From positions 121,391 through 185,390 of the IMG/VR virus record IMGVR_UViG_3300021400_000138: a stretch of 64,000 nt of DNA. One strand, written 5' to 3'. The notes under the pieces were generated by a model. It searched no databases. It was given only the letters and a program-made list of their open reading frames with translations, and was not told the origin of the DNA. Shown piece by piece: positions 26,563-37,430 of this stretch. The translations under genes and the position numbers were made by a program. This DNA is from a virus (lineage: Duplodnaviria > Caudoviricetes). Within the stretch, counting starts at the first letter, position 1, and every line of letters begins with the position of its first letter.

Positions 26563-27216
26563 TTAACTAATATAATCTAAAATTGAATACTGTCCCCAAA
26601 TATAATCCATGGCCTCTTCATATCTTTTCTAAAGAGTGGTTCCGGATCTATTTGGTTTACCGTTTTGATAATTCTATAAATCAATCTCAATCCACTCACT
26701 TGGCGGATCTGACTTCTTCGCAAAATTTCCCCATAATCCATAAGGTTTTAAACCATGGCTTTGTTGATATAGACCAGGAACGGGCGTTCTCCATAAAGGC
26801 GCAAGCTTCGATCCATAAAACTCAGTTCCTGCATCATCTTTCGGCCCATAGTTTGCACCACCGTGATAGCCCTTTTCAAACATATATTCAAATATATATG
26901 CTGGACCAGCGTCACTTTTGTCAACTCTATATCCAGCAGGATAATAAGAATCTGGAGCCATAACCCAACGTATACGAGATCCTTTTACTTTAATATGATA
27001 CATATCATATAATCTATGTTTTCTATCATAATATTTTGGATCATAATCATCATAATAGTCCTTTACACGACTATCAAATATATCCTAAATATCATCAGCT
27101 ATTGCATATGCCGTTTCCTTCGATAATTTCTATATGAATTTTCCATTTTTAAAATCATCAGAAATTTCCTTTAATGCAATTCTGAATTTAGTTAATTCAT
27201 TAAAAGCATCTTTCAA
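26563..27216 (-). CDS. Putative tail completion protein (HK97 gp10-like); TAG=Gln
   Basis: TTG start at 27216, TAA at 26563. Motif DYYDDYDPKYYDR. Located immediately upstream of the TMP gene. Confidence 0.5.
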
Positions 27217-27244
27217 AATATCACCACCCTACATTTTGATAATC

Positions 27245-27281
27245 GTAAAAAATGGGGTCAAACTTTCCAGCCCAACCCCAT
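27245..27281 (-). terminator. Intrinsic terminator; shares a 21-bp exact repeat with 38989-39009
   Basis: GGGGTTGGGC...GTTTGACCCC followed by ATTTTTT. Confidence 0.65.
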
Positions 27282-27333
27282 ATATTAATAATCTACAGCC
27301 ACAATATATTATTTACTTATCAACAAACGTCTA

Positions 27334-27750
27334 TCAATTGTTTCCAATTTGATCAATTAATCTTCTAATTGACTGTTTATCCTGTTCATCCTAAGCTTCA
27401 TTCATTAAATTTTCCAATTTCATAATCATATGATCTTTTGCGTCATCGCGGCTATATCCAGAACGTCCACCTCTACGAGTGTATCCGCTACCACCACGAT
27501 AACTATTGCCTCTGTCATTATAGTACCTAGAAGAATACCCACCACGCTGAGAATAATTTCCGCTTGCAAGAGAATATTCATCTTCCGGTACATAAGCGCC
27601 CTCTTCAAACATCTCTACTGTACCGATATCTTTTAAAATATCTACCAGTTCGCCAATAACACAAACAGAATCTTTATCCAACTGATTACGATGAGAAATC
27701 TATTCAATCTCATCATATACAAGATCTTTAATTCTATCAAATTCTTTCAT
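27334..27750 (-). CDS. Conserved hypothetical phage protein with R/G/S/Y-rich low-complexity tract; TAG=Gln
   Basis: ATG at 27750 to TGA at 27334, across two TAG. Confidence 0.7.
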
Positions 27751-27767
27751 CGAAATTCCCCCTCTCT

Positions 27768-28235
27768 TTACCGTGTAACAACCAGATCTGGTCGCGTAAT
27801 AATAATATTTGCGTTTTGAACCAGAATAGGCTGATCAGAAGTATTACGTACACTAATTGTTTCACAACATCCGCGCCAAATCTGAGCATTGATTGCCCGA
27901 GAAATATTAAAATATTCTTCAACAGCTGCGGGTGTCGATATCATAGTAGAAGAGGGTATTGTTGTCCCATCAATAGCGATAGCGACCGAAATTGGTCCAA
28001 CTGTACCGCCAGTAGGAATTGCAATATTTGCTCCAAAATCAACGAGATAATTTGCACTATCCTTTTGTCTGCAACGGCAACAACCATTATAAGGAACATA
28101 TCCGCTCAATAAGAAACTACCAGTATCATCACGGTGTCTTATCAAACCTCGATTACACGGAACCGGAGATTCAGTGAAGATAATGGATTCTCCGGGATTT
28201 ACCGTCTAAACGGCATTTGCAGAATATTCAGCCAT
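27768..28235 (-). CDS. Conserved hypothetical beta-rich protein (MAEYSANAVQTVNPGESIIFTE...); TAG=Gln
   Basis: RBS AAAGGTGG, ATG at 28235, TAG at codon 10, in frame with ORF 27768-28145. Confidence 0.75.
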
Positions 28236-28242
28236 ATAATCA

Positions 28243-29298
28243 TCAACCACCTTTCACATATTTTTCCTGAATATCTTTTAAACTAATTTTATAATATTGT
28301 TTTAGAAATTCATCAAACTGTTCCGGTGTATTATGACCATAGCCATATTCTCGATGAAATAAAACATGAATCTCTTTAGATATTAAAATACCAGAATAAG
28401 AATCATGCTTCTAAACTATCTTGTTTAATAGCTCTTTATATTCTGTTTCATTAACGAAATCGCTAATCTTTGCTCTTTTGCTTTCAATATCTATATCCAA
28501 TTCAACTACAGCTTCTTGAAAAATAGTGCTTAAAGAAATTAGATGATGAATATCTGCATTTATCCCATATTCTCCAGAAATAGGGCATACCTTATAACAA
28601 TTACGTATGTCATTTTTCCAAATAGTAAGTGCTTGTCTAATATTATCTTCCAATAGTGAAATACCACCTTTATAATTCCAATGATTTTTCCCACTTCTAG
28701 CTTCAATTGCACACTAATTACAACTAGAACAGTGCTGTAAAAATTGAGATAATATCAGTTGACACTTATGTCCATTTTGACACAAACATTCTACCGGAGT
28801 ATACGCGTTTTTATATTCACCAATAATTTTATAACCTTTCTAAGAAAAAATATATTTTGCGTCTTCGGCTGTATATTTTGTTTTAGCTTTAATTAAAGCC
28901 ATATGTCCACACTCAGGACAACGATCTTGTCCAGATGTAAACTTCTTTAACGATTTTTCGAATATATTTCCACAACTACATTTTATCAGTAATTTTGAAT
29001 CAGAATTCTTATAATCTCCCTAAACATATTCACAGCCATGATCTCTTATAATATCGATAACATGATCCAACGAAAATCTATTTTTTTCAGAAGCTATTTC
29101 ATGCGAACATTTCTCACACCAAATCCTTCCACGATTAATGTGTTCAAAATCTCTTTCAAAAATCTTACCACATTTTCCACATTTTAATTTCAAAAGAGTA
29201 CTGCTATTAACATACTCCGTTGATAACAACTCTGTTGTACCATTTGAAAGTTCAAATATTCTTTGTCTTACTTCATCGATAGTTTTTCTTTTTGGCAT
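28243..29298 (-). CDS. Free-standing HNH homing endonuclease with Zn-ribbon repeats, 351 aa; TAG=Gln
   Basis: Repeated C..CG....F..CxxC units, then ADIHHL...IHVLFHREYGYGHNTPEQF. TGA at 28243. Confidence 0.8.
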
Positions 29299-29327
29299 AA
29301 TACACCTCTTAATTTTATATGACTAAA

Positions 29328-30056
29328 TTAATTACTGCATCCGCAACCATAGTTCATTCCAAAACAATTATTTTGAGGTACGATATATGCGGGAACGGGT
29401 ACGGGGTTCAGATACTGTTCAAGAGCTAATGTCTGTGCAGCATTATCAGCAAGAATCCGTCCAGTCTGGGCTGTCTGAGAGGCGGCAAGATTAGCCATTG
29501 CAAGTTGCTGCTGGAGATTAGCAATCTGCTCGTTCTTAGCATCAATTTTGTCCTGGCACATCTGATCGAGAATTCTCTGGGTAGAAGCAGTGTTGGCGGC
29601 AATTACGTCACGAAGTGCGTCACTTACAGCTGCTCTGTCTGCACATGCTTCCTAAGCAATGGTAGCACCAAGATTGGCCGTGGCCAATCTTTGCTCACAA
29701 CAACATGATTGCTGATTCATAGCAATTGTATTCATCTGGTTGGTAATATTTGCAAGACTATTTGCACGAGAAATTTCTGCATTAGCAAAACCATTAGAGA
29801 TAGCAGAAGTAATACCATTAATTCCAGAAATAACAGCTGCTTGATCAAATCCAGACTAAACATCATTCGCTGTTGCATACGGAGGCATATAACCCATTCC
29901 CATCTAACCGCCGCCAAATCCGTTGTTTCCCCAACCATTATTGGCAAAGATGAGAAGAATAAGAAGCCACCATGCACCATTGTTGCCACCAAAACCATCA
30001 TTGTTGTTGCCCATAACAGCCGCCAGATCAGCGGCACTCATTTCAGAATTCATCAT
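29328..30056 (-). CDS. Conserved hypothetical protein (Gly/Asn-rich N terminus, hydrophobic helix, coiled coil, Cys clusters), 242 aa; TAG=Gln
   Basis: MMNSEMSAADLAAVMG...GAWWLLILLIF...QQSCCCEQR...YGCGCSN. Three TAG, in frame with ORF 29328-29561. Confidence 0.8.
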
Positions 30057-30232
30057 AATGATTTCCTCCCTTTCTTAGAAAAATTAGGTTGATATAATAT
30101 GGCTGTAAATATTAATACCGAAATCAAAATGATCAGATATTATTTATATTTATATAAAAATATATTAATAATCATTAATAGTCAAACATTTTCAAATATT
30201 AAAACACTCATTAATAATTTTCTTTAAGTGAG

Positions 30233-32296
30233 TTAAGATGGTGTATTATCAACAGGTGTTCCGTTTAGATAATAGCAACTATCAAAATGTGTTTTTTCCG
30301 GTCTATTATCTGTCACTGTACTATGTCCAACACGAAATACACAATTTGCAAATTGAATACCGCCACCATTCTCAATAAAAATTGGAGTATAACTACCGAA
30401 ATTGCAATTAGATAAAATAATTCCTTGAGAAGAAGCTAACTTGATTTTCCCATAGAATATTGAACATCCATTAAATATCTCGCCAGCTCCCATAGCATTT
30501 ATATCAAGGGCATACCCATCTCCACGTCTCCCACTGTCATAATCTTTTGAACCAGTGTGATTAATTGTACAGCCTACAAATGCTCCATGACTATTATTGT
30601 TATAATTTCCTGAAGAATTATCCATTAAAACGCCATGCATATTTGTACTAAAATCACAATTTACAAATACATTATTTCCTCCATTATTTATAGCTCCGTA
30701 GTAGTTTTCAAAGAAGCCTGATCCAGATATCCTATGAAATTCAGCAATTTTACCAAGTGCAATACCTGCATTACAATTTCGTACAAAAATGTTATTAATA
30801 TAACATCCGCCCTGCGGATTGTATCCTGTTCCAGATATATATATACCCGTTCCAGCAATACTACTTATACGAACATTTTCAACTTCACAACGGAAACGCT
30901 GAGAATCACTTGATCCTGTACCCTGAATTTTAATACCACAAGGTACAGAAGACGCTAATTCCCATTCAGAAGATGGAATTATATCTGTTAAAGAACCATA
31001 TATCGCCAGATTTTTTATTTTTGCATCGACAGACAAACTAACCATATAGTTAGACGTTGGATTTGATGTTTTAATTAGTCGTGTATTATTCCCACATCCT
31101 TCAATTGACTTATTTGCATTAATATCAATTTTATCAATATAATAATCACCCGGTGCAAGTCTGCATATATTTTTTGCTACCAGAATTCCTTCAATTTCTG
31201 GTCCACGATTATTTAATGTACCGTCTGGAAATATGTCATAGCCTGTATATAATGGATCATTGTTAATAGTAACCCATTCTGACCAAACATTATTAACCAT
31301 AACCCGTATATACATTATTTTTTTCGTTGCATAATTAAATGGCAGTCCTAGTTGAAAAAAATGACCTTGAGTGTTGTTCGTAAATGAAACAATACATATA
31401 CCATTTGCAGTAGGAAGATGCGCAAATCCAGCAGAAATCGCGTTAGTATGCACAGACACAATGGAATTAACTGGCAAGTCATCACAGTCAGAATAAGTTG
31501 ATTCCATATTACCAGCGGTTATAATCAATTCAGAAGATTGAATCGCACGGGGATTAAAAATGTTTAATGAGTATGGTACATAGCCAGAAGCGGCGTTACC
31601 TTTTTCTATTTGAAATTGTTTGATATCCCATATTGTTTTGCTATTATTACTGTATGCAATGACTATCCTTGATACTGTTTTTCCTGCTGTGGTAGTTCCG
31701 TACTTGTACAGATACGTACTCTGCGAATTGGAAAACTGGAACAGCAATGATGATGTGTTATCTGTATAGAAAGCATATACCCCCAAGCCATTATTTGTAA
31801 GCGCACTTGTTGTCTTTGCCTGCAAAGAAACAGTATACTGCTGTCCGGCTTCGTACTCTACTCCGTATATGTCACCATAAGTGTAAAGGGTATGAGGAAG
31901 AGCACTGAAAGTATCTCCATCTACAGTTATATTGGGTTTTGTCTTAAGTTTTTTTATGTCAAAAAGATTTACTCCCGTCTTTGATATCTGACTTATATCG
32001 TCTATTAAGTTTTCTATATTCTGATCTAAATCATCCCTTAAAGAAGAGACATCACTCACCAAACTACTATAATCCTCTGGAATACTATTCAAAATTTCTT
32101 GTGCCTGTTCAGCATAATATTTACTATTATCTTGATACCCAGGCTCTGTAGAAGATACCGCAATACCATTCCTAGTTCCCTTCGCATATGCCTCTGCATC
32201 ATAAGTTATTTTTTCTCCCATTACATCAACGTTTACATAATTCCCAGTAATAGGATCCTTATATTTCACCGCATTCGGTTTTAAAGTAATAGGCAT
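30233..32296 (-). CDS. Putative tail fibre/spike: carbohydrate-binding-like domain plus parallel beta-helix (pectate lyase-like), 687 aa
   Basis: NSKYYAEQA and NLFD...QIEKGNAASGYVPY modules. LAPGDYYI...IEGCGNNT starts a beta-helix with Asn/Cys-rich repeats. No TAG. Confidence 0.65.
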   Translation of the reverse strand: MPITLKPNAVKYKDPITGNYVNVDVMGEKITYDAEAYAKGTRNGIAVSSTEPGYQDNSKYYAEQAQEILNSIPEDYSSLVSDVSSLRDDLDQNIENLIDDISQISKTGVNLFDIKKLKTKPNITVDGDTFSALPHTLYTYGDIYGVEYEAGQQYTVSLQAKTTSALTNNGLGVYAFYTDNTSSLLFQFSNSQSTYLYKYGTTTAGKTVSRIVIAYSNNSKTIWDIKQFQIEKGNAASGYVPYSLNIFNPRAIQSSELIITAGNMESTYSDCDDLPVNSIVSVHTNAISAGFAHLPTANGICIVSFTNNTQGHFFQLGLPFNYATKKIMYIRVMVNNVWSEWVTINNDPLYTGYDIFPDGTLNNRGPEIEGILVAKNICRLAPGDYYIDKIDINANKSIEGCGNNTRLIKTSNPTSNYMVSLSVDAKIKNLAIYGSLTDIIPSSEWELASSVPCGIKIQGTGSSDSQRFRCEVENVRISSIAGTGIYISGTGYNPQGGCYINNIFVRNCNAGIALGKIAEFHRISGSGFFENYYGAINNGGNNVFVNCDFSTNMHGVLMDNSSGNYNNNSHGAFVGCTINHTGSKDYDSGRRGDGYALDINAMGAGEIFNGCSIFYGKIKLASSQGIILSNCNFGSYTPIFIENGGGIQFANCVFRVGHSTVTDNRPEKTHFDSCYYLNGTPVDNTPS

Positions 32297-32298
32297 AT

Positions 32299-32607
32299 TT
32301 AAACACCTCCTTTATTAAGTTGGCCCATCACTTGATTTGCCATCTGACTTGCTTGATTCAATTGATTTACATTTCCATTCATACTCAGATAATTAATAAT
32401 CTGTTGAGGATTATTGCGAACTGATTGTAAATCATTATATTGCTGCTAATTAATTTTTCCATTATTAAATAAAATATCTAAAATTTTGCCAGGATCATTT
32501 TGAATCTACCTATATTGGCTTATTAATCCCAGTATTCCATTATTCCCACCAGAACGCATTCCTAAGGATTGATTATTTCCAAATTTATTAAACAAGGGGT
32601 TTGCCAT
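32299..32607 (-). CDS. Hypothetical Asn/Gln-rich protein; TAG=Gln
   Basis: ATG at 32607 (MANPLFNKFG), TAA at 32299, two TAG. Confidence 0.65.
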
Positions 32608-32608
32608 A

Positions 32609-33193
32609 TCACTTATTCCCCTTTCTTTGTTGATTATTTGTTTGTTGTGGTTTACTAAAATTTGTTATTCTATTTTCGATATCTTTAACCTGTCCACTTA
32701 AATTATCCAGATGATCATTCAGTTGATTAAACTGGTCCTCTGTAACATATGCACTAAGATTACTTAAACGATCATTTAAAGAAGAAAATTGTTCATTCAA
32801 CGTATCAAGCTAATCTTTCGTTGCATATTCTACTGGCGGGGCAGAAGCATATGCGGCATTAACATTTTTATCACCATTTGATCGTTCCGTATAATCAAGC
32901 ACTGTAACTTCTGGTTTTCCAGAAGCATCAACAGATTTTATATATATTACAGGTTCCTCCGAATCAAAGAAAACCATTTTTCCACCATTAGGAACATATT
33001 GTGCCTTAACCGAGTTTTCACCCTGTATCCATATCAAATTTGTATTAGGAACATTTGAAGGCTGAGAATAAGATGGCATCGCGGGTTGTTGCTACCAATT
33101 TCGCGCCATATAAGCCGGGGTATTTACCACTGTTGGCTGCACACTTTGATAATACATATTTGGCTGATAAGAAAATCCATTATAATTATCCAT
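32609..33193 (-). CDS. Conserved hypothetical protein (LIWIQGE...FFDSEEPVIYIKSVDASGKP); TAG=Gln
   Basis: Joins ORFs 32810-33079 and 32609-32800 in frame. RBS AAGGAGG. Confidence 0.75.
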
Positions 33194-33578
33194 TGTCATC
33201 CTCCTTCTTTTTATAATAATAAATTACTACTTCATCACTAGAATCCCAGGAATCATATACATTTCCGTCATCAACTGCAACGGCATGCGTTCCAGTGGCA
33301 ACTATATATTTTCCATCCTTATGATCTAAACAAAACTACCTCAACGTATAACAATCAGGACAAGTATTTGGAAGATTCTCCCTAATATATCCTTTAGATT
33401 TAAGATAAGATCCCCATACATAATTTGAGGATGGCATATCATATAGATTATAAGCTTCCACCATCAATTCAGTAAAAGTTTCCTCCCACGACTAATTTTC
33501 GATTCTACAAATAGCCCTGATTACACAATCACCAACCATTTTGTTCCCAGGATTTGGATTATAAAAAACATAACTCAC
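33186..33578 (-). CDS. Putative papain/C39-like cysteine peptidase; TAG=Gln
   Basis: GTG start. GDCVIRAI...THAVAVDDG.VYDSWD gives a Cys-His-Asp order. Two TAG. Confidence 0.6.
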
Positions 33579-33605
33579 ATAATCACCTCTTGAATAATCA
33601 ATAAA

Positions 33606-34016
33606 TTAAATAGAATATTTATTGGTAAATAGATCATCGGTTACCATTTGGATAACCATATTAAATTCCTTCAATTCACGTTGATCAATATCATCAATAA
33701 TATAATCAAATATTTTTCGCTCATTTAACTTATCAAAATCAGATATAGAATTATTTTTATTAATTCGTTCTATGTCAGTATATGCATCAAACAATGCCAT
33801 ACATGTAGTAATATACTTATTTACAGAATCAACATGTATGATACATTTCTCCTCGTCAGATTCTATTGTAAAAGATTTATCAATAATGCTATTTGCAATT
33901 TTTACTTTCTTTTCGATTGGAATATATATGTCCTTAACATGACTTTTTATAAAGTTATACTTTTCACCATCTGCCTGTTTTTGATCAAAAAATTTTAAAA
34001 AAATATCAATCTTCAT
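33606..34016 (-). CDS. Hypothetical protein, paralog of the adjacent gene (possible tail assembly chaperone)
   Basis: ORF track. Shares the IHVDS...YTDIER pattern with 34013-34537. Confidence 0.6.
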   Translation of the reverse strand: MKIDIFLKFFDQKQADGEKYNFIKSHVKDIYIPIEKKVKIANSIIDKSFTIESDEEKCIIHVDSVNKYITTCMALFDAYTDIERINKNNSISDFDKLNERKIFDYIIDDIDQRELKEFNMVIQMVTDDLFTNKYSI

Positions 34017-34537
34017 CTATTAGAAACTTCCTTTAATGCGTTAATCAAATCGTCTGTATTCATATTACTAAGTACTGGTGCCAAAGTATTTCCAACAAGT
34101 GTCCCAAATCTTTCAACCTGAGATTTAATAAATTCATGCGGTTCATATTCATTTGCCAGCGTATCCTTTGCAACACACTCAATAATAGTATTAAATTCAT
34201 CCGCCTCAACAGAATTTACACCCGCCATAATTTTGGCAAGTGCGCCACATTTTTGAAGCATATCATATTCTTCGAGAATTGGATCTTCTTCGCCTCGCTC
34301 AATATCTGTATACATATCTACAAAAGAAATCTTTGTTAACATCATTTTTACACAAGAATCAATATGAAGTTTCTTTGTTTTATTTTCATCTCCTGTTTCA
34401 ATATAATATGAAGAATTGATAATGGCATCCGCTCGTGCCATTTTTTCACTTAACGATACATATTTATTGGCCAAAATATGGTCATTCAAAATAAGCGAAT
34501 TCTCAGTATATGCATTTACAAAATCTTTATAATTCAT
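34013..34537 (-). CDS. Hypothetical protein, possible tail assembly chaperone
   Basis: ORF track, RBS AGGAGG. Helical protein between the major tail and TMP genes. Confidence 0.6.
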   Translation of the reverse strand: MNYKDFVNAYTENSLILNDHILANKYVSLSEKMARADAIINSSYYIETGDENKTKKLHIDSCVKMMLTKISFVDMYTDIERGEEDPILEEYDMLQKCGALAKIMAGVNSVEADEFNTIIECVAKDTLANEYEPHEFIKSQVERFGTLVGNTLAPVLSNMNTDDLINALKEVSNR

Positions 34538-34549
34538 AAAATCCTCCTT

Positions 34550-34702
34550 TTAATCGTCGTAATAATCTCGCATTTTTCGTGCGGATTTTCTGTCTCGTTC
34601 TCTATCACTCTCATCAATCTACTCATAAATAAGTTCCATTTCTTCTTCATCAATAAGATCACTAAGTTGCGATAGATCAATGTCTTTAATGTATTTACTC
34701 AT
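34550..34702 (-). CDS. Small acidic hypothetical protein, 50 aa; TAG=Gln
   Basis: RBS GGAG, MSKYIKDIDLSQL..., one TAG, TAA at 34550. Confidence 0.55.
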
Positions 34703-34796
34703 ATATTCATTTCTCCAATATATAGAAATATTGCACCTCATATGCTATAATCATTTTGTAACCCGTCAACCCAGATTAATAGAAAGGAGGTGCAAT

Positions 34797-34934
34797 ATGC
34801 AACTTGTACTTGCTATTACCTTCCTTGAAGTACTGAGATAGTTAATCAAACTAGTTATTGTACACACAATTATTAACCATCCAGAACTGTCAAAGGAATA
34901 GGTTGAGGCTATGACTTCTATGTATAAACATTGA
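34797..34934 (+). CDS. Small hydrophobic peptide, 45 aa (type I toxin-like); TAG=Gln
   Basis: RBS AGAAAGGAGGTG. Extended -10 TGcTATAAT at 34743-34751. MQLVLAITFLEVLR(Q)LIKLVIVHTIINHPELSKE(Q)VEAMTSMYKH. Followed by a hairpin. Confidence 0.6.
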
Positions 34935-34958
34935 GCCTCAATTCTTTAATCTCACACT

Positions 34959-34991
34959 TCACCGTAGTCTCCCGAAGGCTGCGGTGATTTT
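34959..34991. terminator. Hairpin between convergent genes, probable terminator
   Basis: TCACCGTAGTCT-CCCGA-AGGCTGCGGTGA followed by TTTT on the plus strand. Confidence 0.6.
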
Positions 34992-35424
34992 ATTCTATTG
35001 TATTTACATATATCTCCGTCCTCGGATTATCTTTGTCATAATCCGTTTTTAATGTAAGTGATTTAAGATGCTATCCGTCATCGTCGCATATAAACCCAGC
35101 TTCACTAAACGAATCCAAAATAAATTTTGGCGTAGTGTTGTCAGGATCTGCCCTCCGTTGGCTAGGCATATACGTAATAAACGTCATCTCAAACTTTTCT
35201 AGTTTCAAACTACTATATCCAAGTTTATTAATCCACCATACCCCGAAATCTTTCCACTTTTGTTTCAGTGCATTCATTTGAATCCTGGGAAGAATCATCC
35301 ATGAATTTATAGTTGGATGCATTGGCCTTTCAATAGGTTTTTTCCTAGCCCGTGGATGTTGTTTAAAATAAAAATCAGCATATTCATCAATTATATGCTG
35401 ATCCAAAACTAACTTATATTCCAT
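34990..35424 (-). CDS. rusA: RusA-like Holliday junction resolvase; TAG=Gln
   Basis: RRADPDNTTPKFILDSF.EAGFICDDD(G Q)HL...DKDNPRTEI. TAA at 34990. Confidence 0.75.
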
Positions 35425-35434
35425 AACATCTACC

Positions 35435-35870
35435 TTACTTATACAACTGATATTTTTTACTTATCTTCGCCGCAATATCATCTGGAAGAGGGCGAAATCC
35501 AATACAAGTAAGCGTCCTGCCAACACCAGATTCATCGTATTCTTTCAGTAAGACAGCAATCTTTTATTAGAAAATAATCCTCATTTTCTTTTAGTCCTAA
35601 TTCATTAGAAATTGTGCATACTTTTTCTAATTGATATTTATTCTTCGCCTCGCAAATTATTTTGGTAAATATTCCATTAATCCAATTATCCCAAGTGTCT
35701 ATGTCAAATTGAACATAAGAGATAACTCGCTCAGGTTCAACAGAAGATATATCACATACATTCTTGCGAATCATGTTTGTAAGAAATGCCATTGAAGCAT
35801 GTGAAACCTGGGCGGCAAGTTTTCCTGGGGACATGTTAAGGTCGCGACGAACGATTATTATTTGTTTCAT
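35435..35870 (-). pseudogene. pth2: Peptidyl-tRNA hydrolase type 2, interrupted by a +1 frameshift near 35544
   Basis: KQIIIVRRDLNMSPGKLAAQVSHAS...IKDCCLTE in one frame. The C terminus EYDESGVGRTLTCIGFRPLPDDIAAKISKKYQLYK is in the +1 frame. Confidence 0.75.
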
Positions 35871-35884
35871 AACTTTATACCTCT

Positions 35885-36910
35885 TTAAATAAAAGCCTCA
35901 TCTGATTCATCCGTCAAATCAGAACGAATAATGTAGCTTGATTCGGTTGTTTCTACCGATTCATGACCAAGTAACTTCTAAGCAACTTTCGGTGATTTAT
36001 GTTCATAAACAACAAGATTTGTTGCCTTACTTTCACGCCAAATATGAGACATAACACGACGGCCAACAAGTTTTGTCAATAATCCAGAACACCATTCGTT
36101 GAACGTTGTCTCACTTACTTGTTTCACATTTCCATCTTTATCTTTGGTAACAAACAAATATGGACAATCATCATCACCACGAACTTCCAACCATTTCTTT
36201 ATTGCATCCATAGCGTCTTGATCAAATTTAAGGCGACGTCGCTTGCCCTCTTTGCTGGGTCCCTTCGCTCGAAGAATATGTGTTGTATAAAACCTAGATA
36301 TTCCGATTTGTTCTTTTCCATCTTCATCAATATATTTAATCTCTTTAACAATAGGTTCATAATCTGCAATTTCTTTAAGAAGTTGTCTTGTCTCCGCTCT
36401 ACGAGCAGCCGAGCTATATGAGAATTTTACATAAGCAAGAATTTGCCATTTTTCAAGCTCTTCAAGTTTATTGTAAAGATCTTCCATTTCTTCTGGAGTA
36501 AGAGGATGTTTTTCATGCACAAACCCTGTTTTTACAACTTTCATACTTGAGGTAACAAAACTTCTGAAAGTCGGATATTCATCTTCATAGTACTCTACTA
36601 TATAATTGCAAAAAGAACTAATAACAGATTTTTTCATTTTTATTGCAGACTCTGAAAGACCACGATTTGTAAGCCAATTAAGATATCTTACAAATTCTTT
36701 TTTCTTTATATCAACACAATCTTTATCCTTTAATGATTCATGTACCCACCAGAAAAATATTCGAAGAGCAGAAGAGTACTGAATTTTTGATTGATCACTA
36801 AGTTCAATTTTGTATTCTAAAAATTCCTAGACCATATTACGGTTAAATTCATTTACTTGCTGCCACATCTCATCAGTTATTTCATCAGAGTGTTTCGCAA
36901 CTTGACCCAT
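35885..36910 (-). CDS. Tyrosine recombinase/integrase family protein, 341 aa; TAG=Gln
   Basis: SAARRAE...HIWRES...VA(Q)KLLGHESVETTESSY gives the R-H-R-H-Y catalytic set. ATG at 36910, TAA at 35885. Confidence 0.85.
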
Positions 36911-36930
36911 TGTCATCACCTACCTTTATT

Positions 36931-37173
36931 TTAAGACAACTTCCTCTTACACCAAAGGTCATAACATTCCTTAGAAGAGTTCTTATCAAAAACAAATACC
37001 AGAACATTCTTCCCAGTATTTCTATCCTAACTAGTATATATATCAATCAGTTCGACGTCATTCTTTATATACATAGCCGCCTAGTCTATATTAAGTATTC
37101 TTACAACATCTTTGCTAAAATAATCATACCTTTTTCCTGTTACCTAACTTCGTTTAATGAATTCATCGTCCAT
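36931..37173 (-). CDS. Hypothetical protein (DUF5659-like), 80 aa; TAG=Gln
   Basis: RBS GAGGAGG. VRILNID(Q)AAMYIKN...LVFVFDK...YDLWC. Confidence 0.6.
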
Positions 37174-37174
37174 A

Positions 37175-37408
37175 TTAAGCCTCCTCTCTGAGTACAGAAA
37201 TAATAATCTCCGACGTTTTAACAAGTTCTTCTTGTGCATAGGGACTATCTGAAACATCCTTTAACAATCCACGGGCAAGATAGAGGGGAAGATTAGTAAC
37301 GAACTCATCTTCCTCGTCTGTAGTTTCGTCATAGGATGTTTTGATTTTATCCTAGATTTGGTTATATCTATCCAGGACTGATCGTGTATTTGAATAGAAA
37401 TCTATCAT
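37175..37408 (-). CDS. Hypothetical protein, 77 aa; TAG=Gln
   Basis: RBS AAGGAG, one TAG, TAA at 37175. Confidence 0.55.
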
Positions 37409-37430
37409 GATTGTTTTCTCCTTTTAGTCA

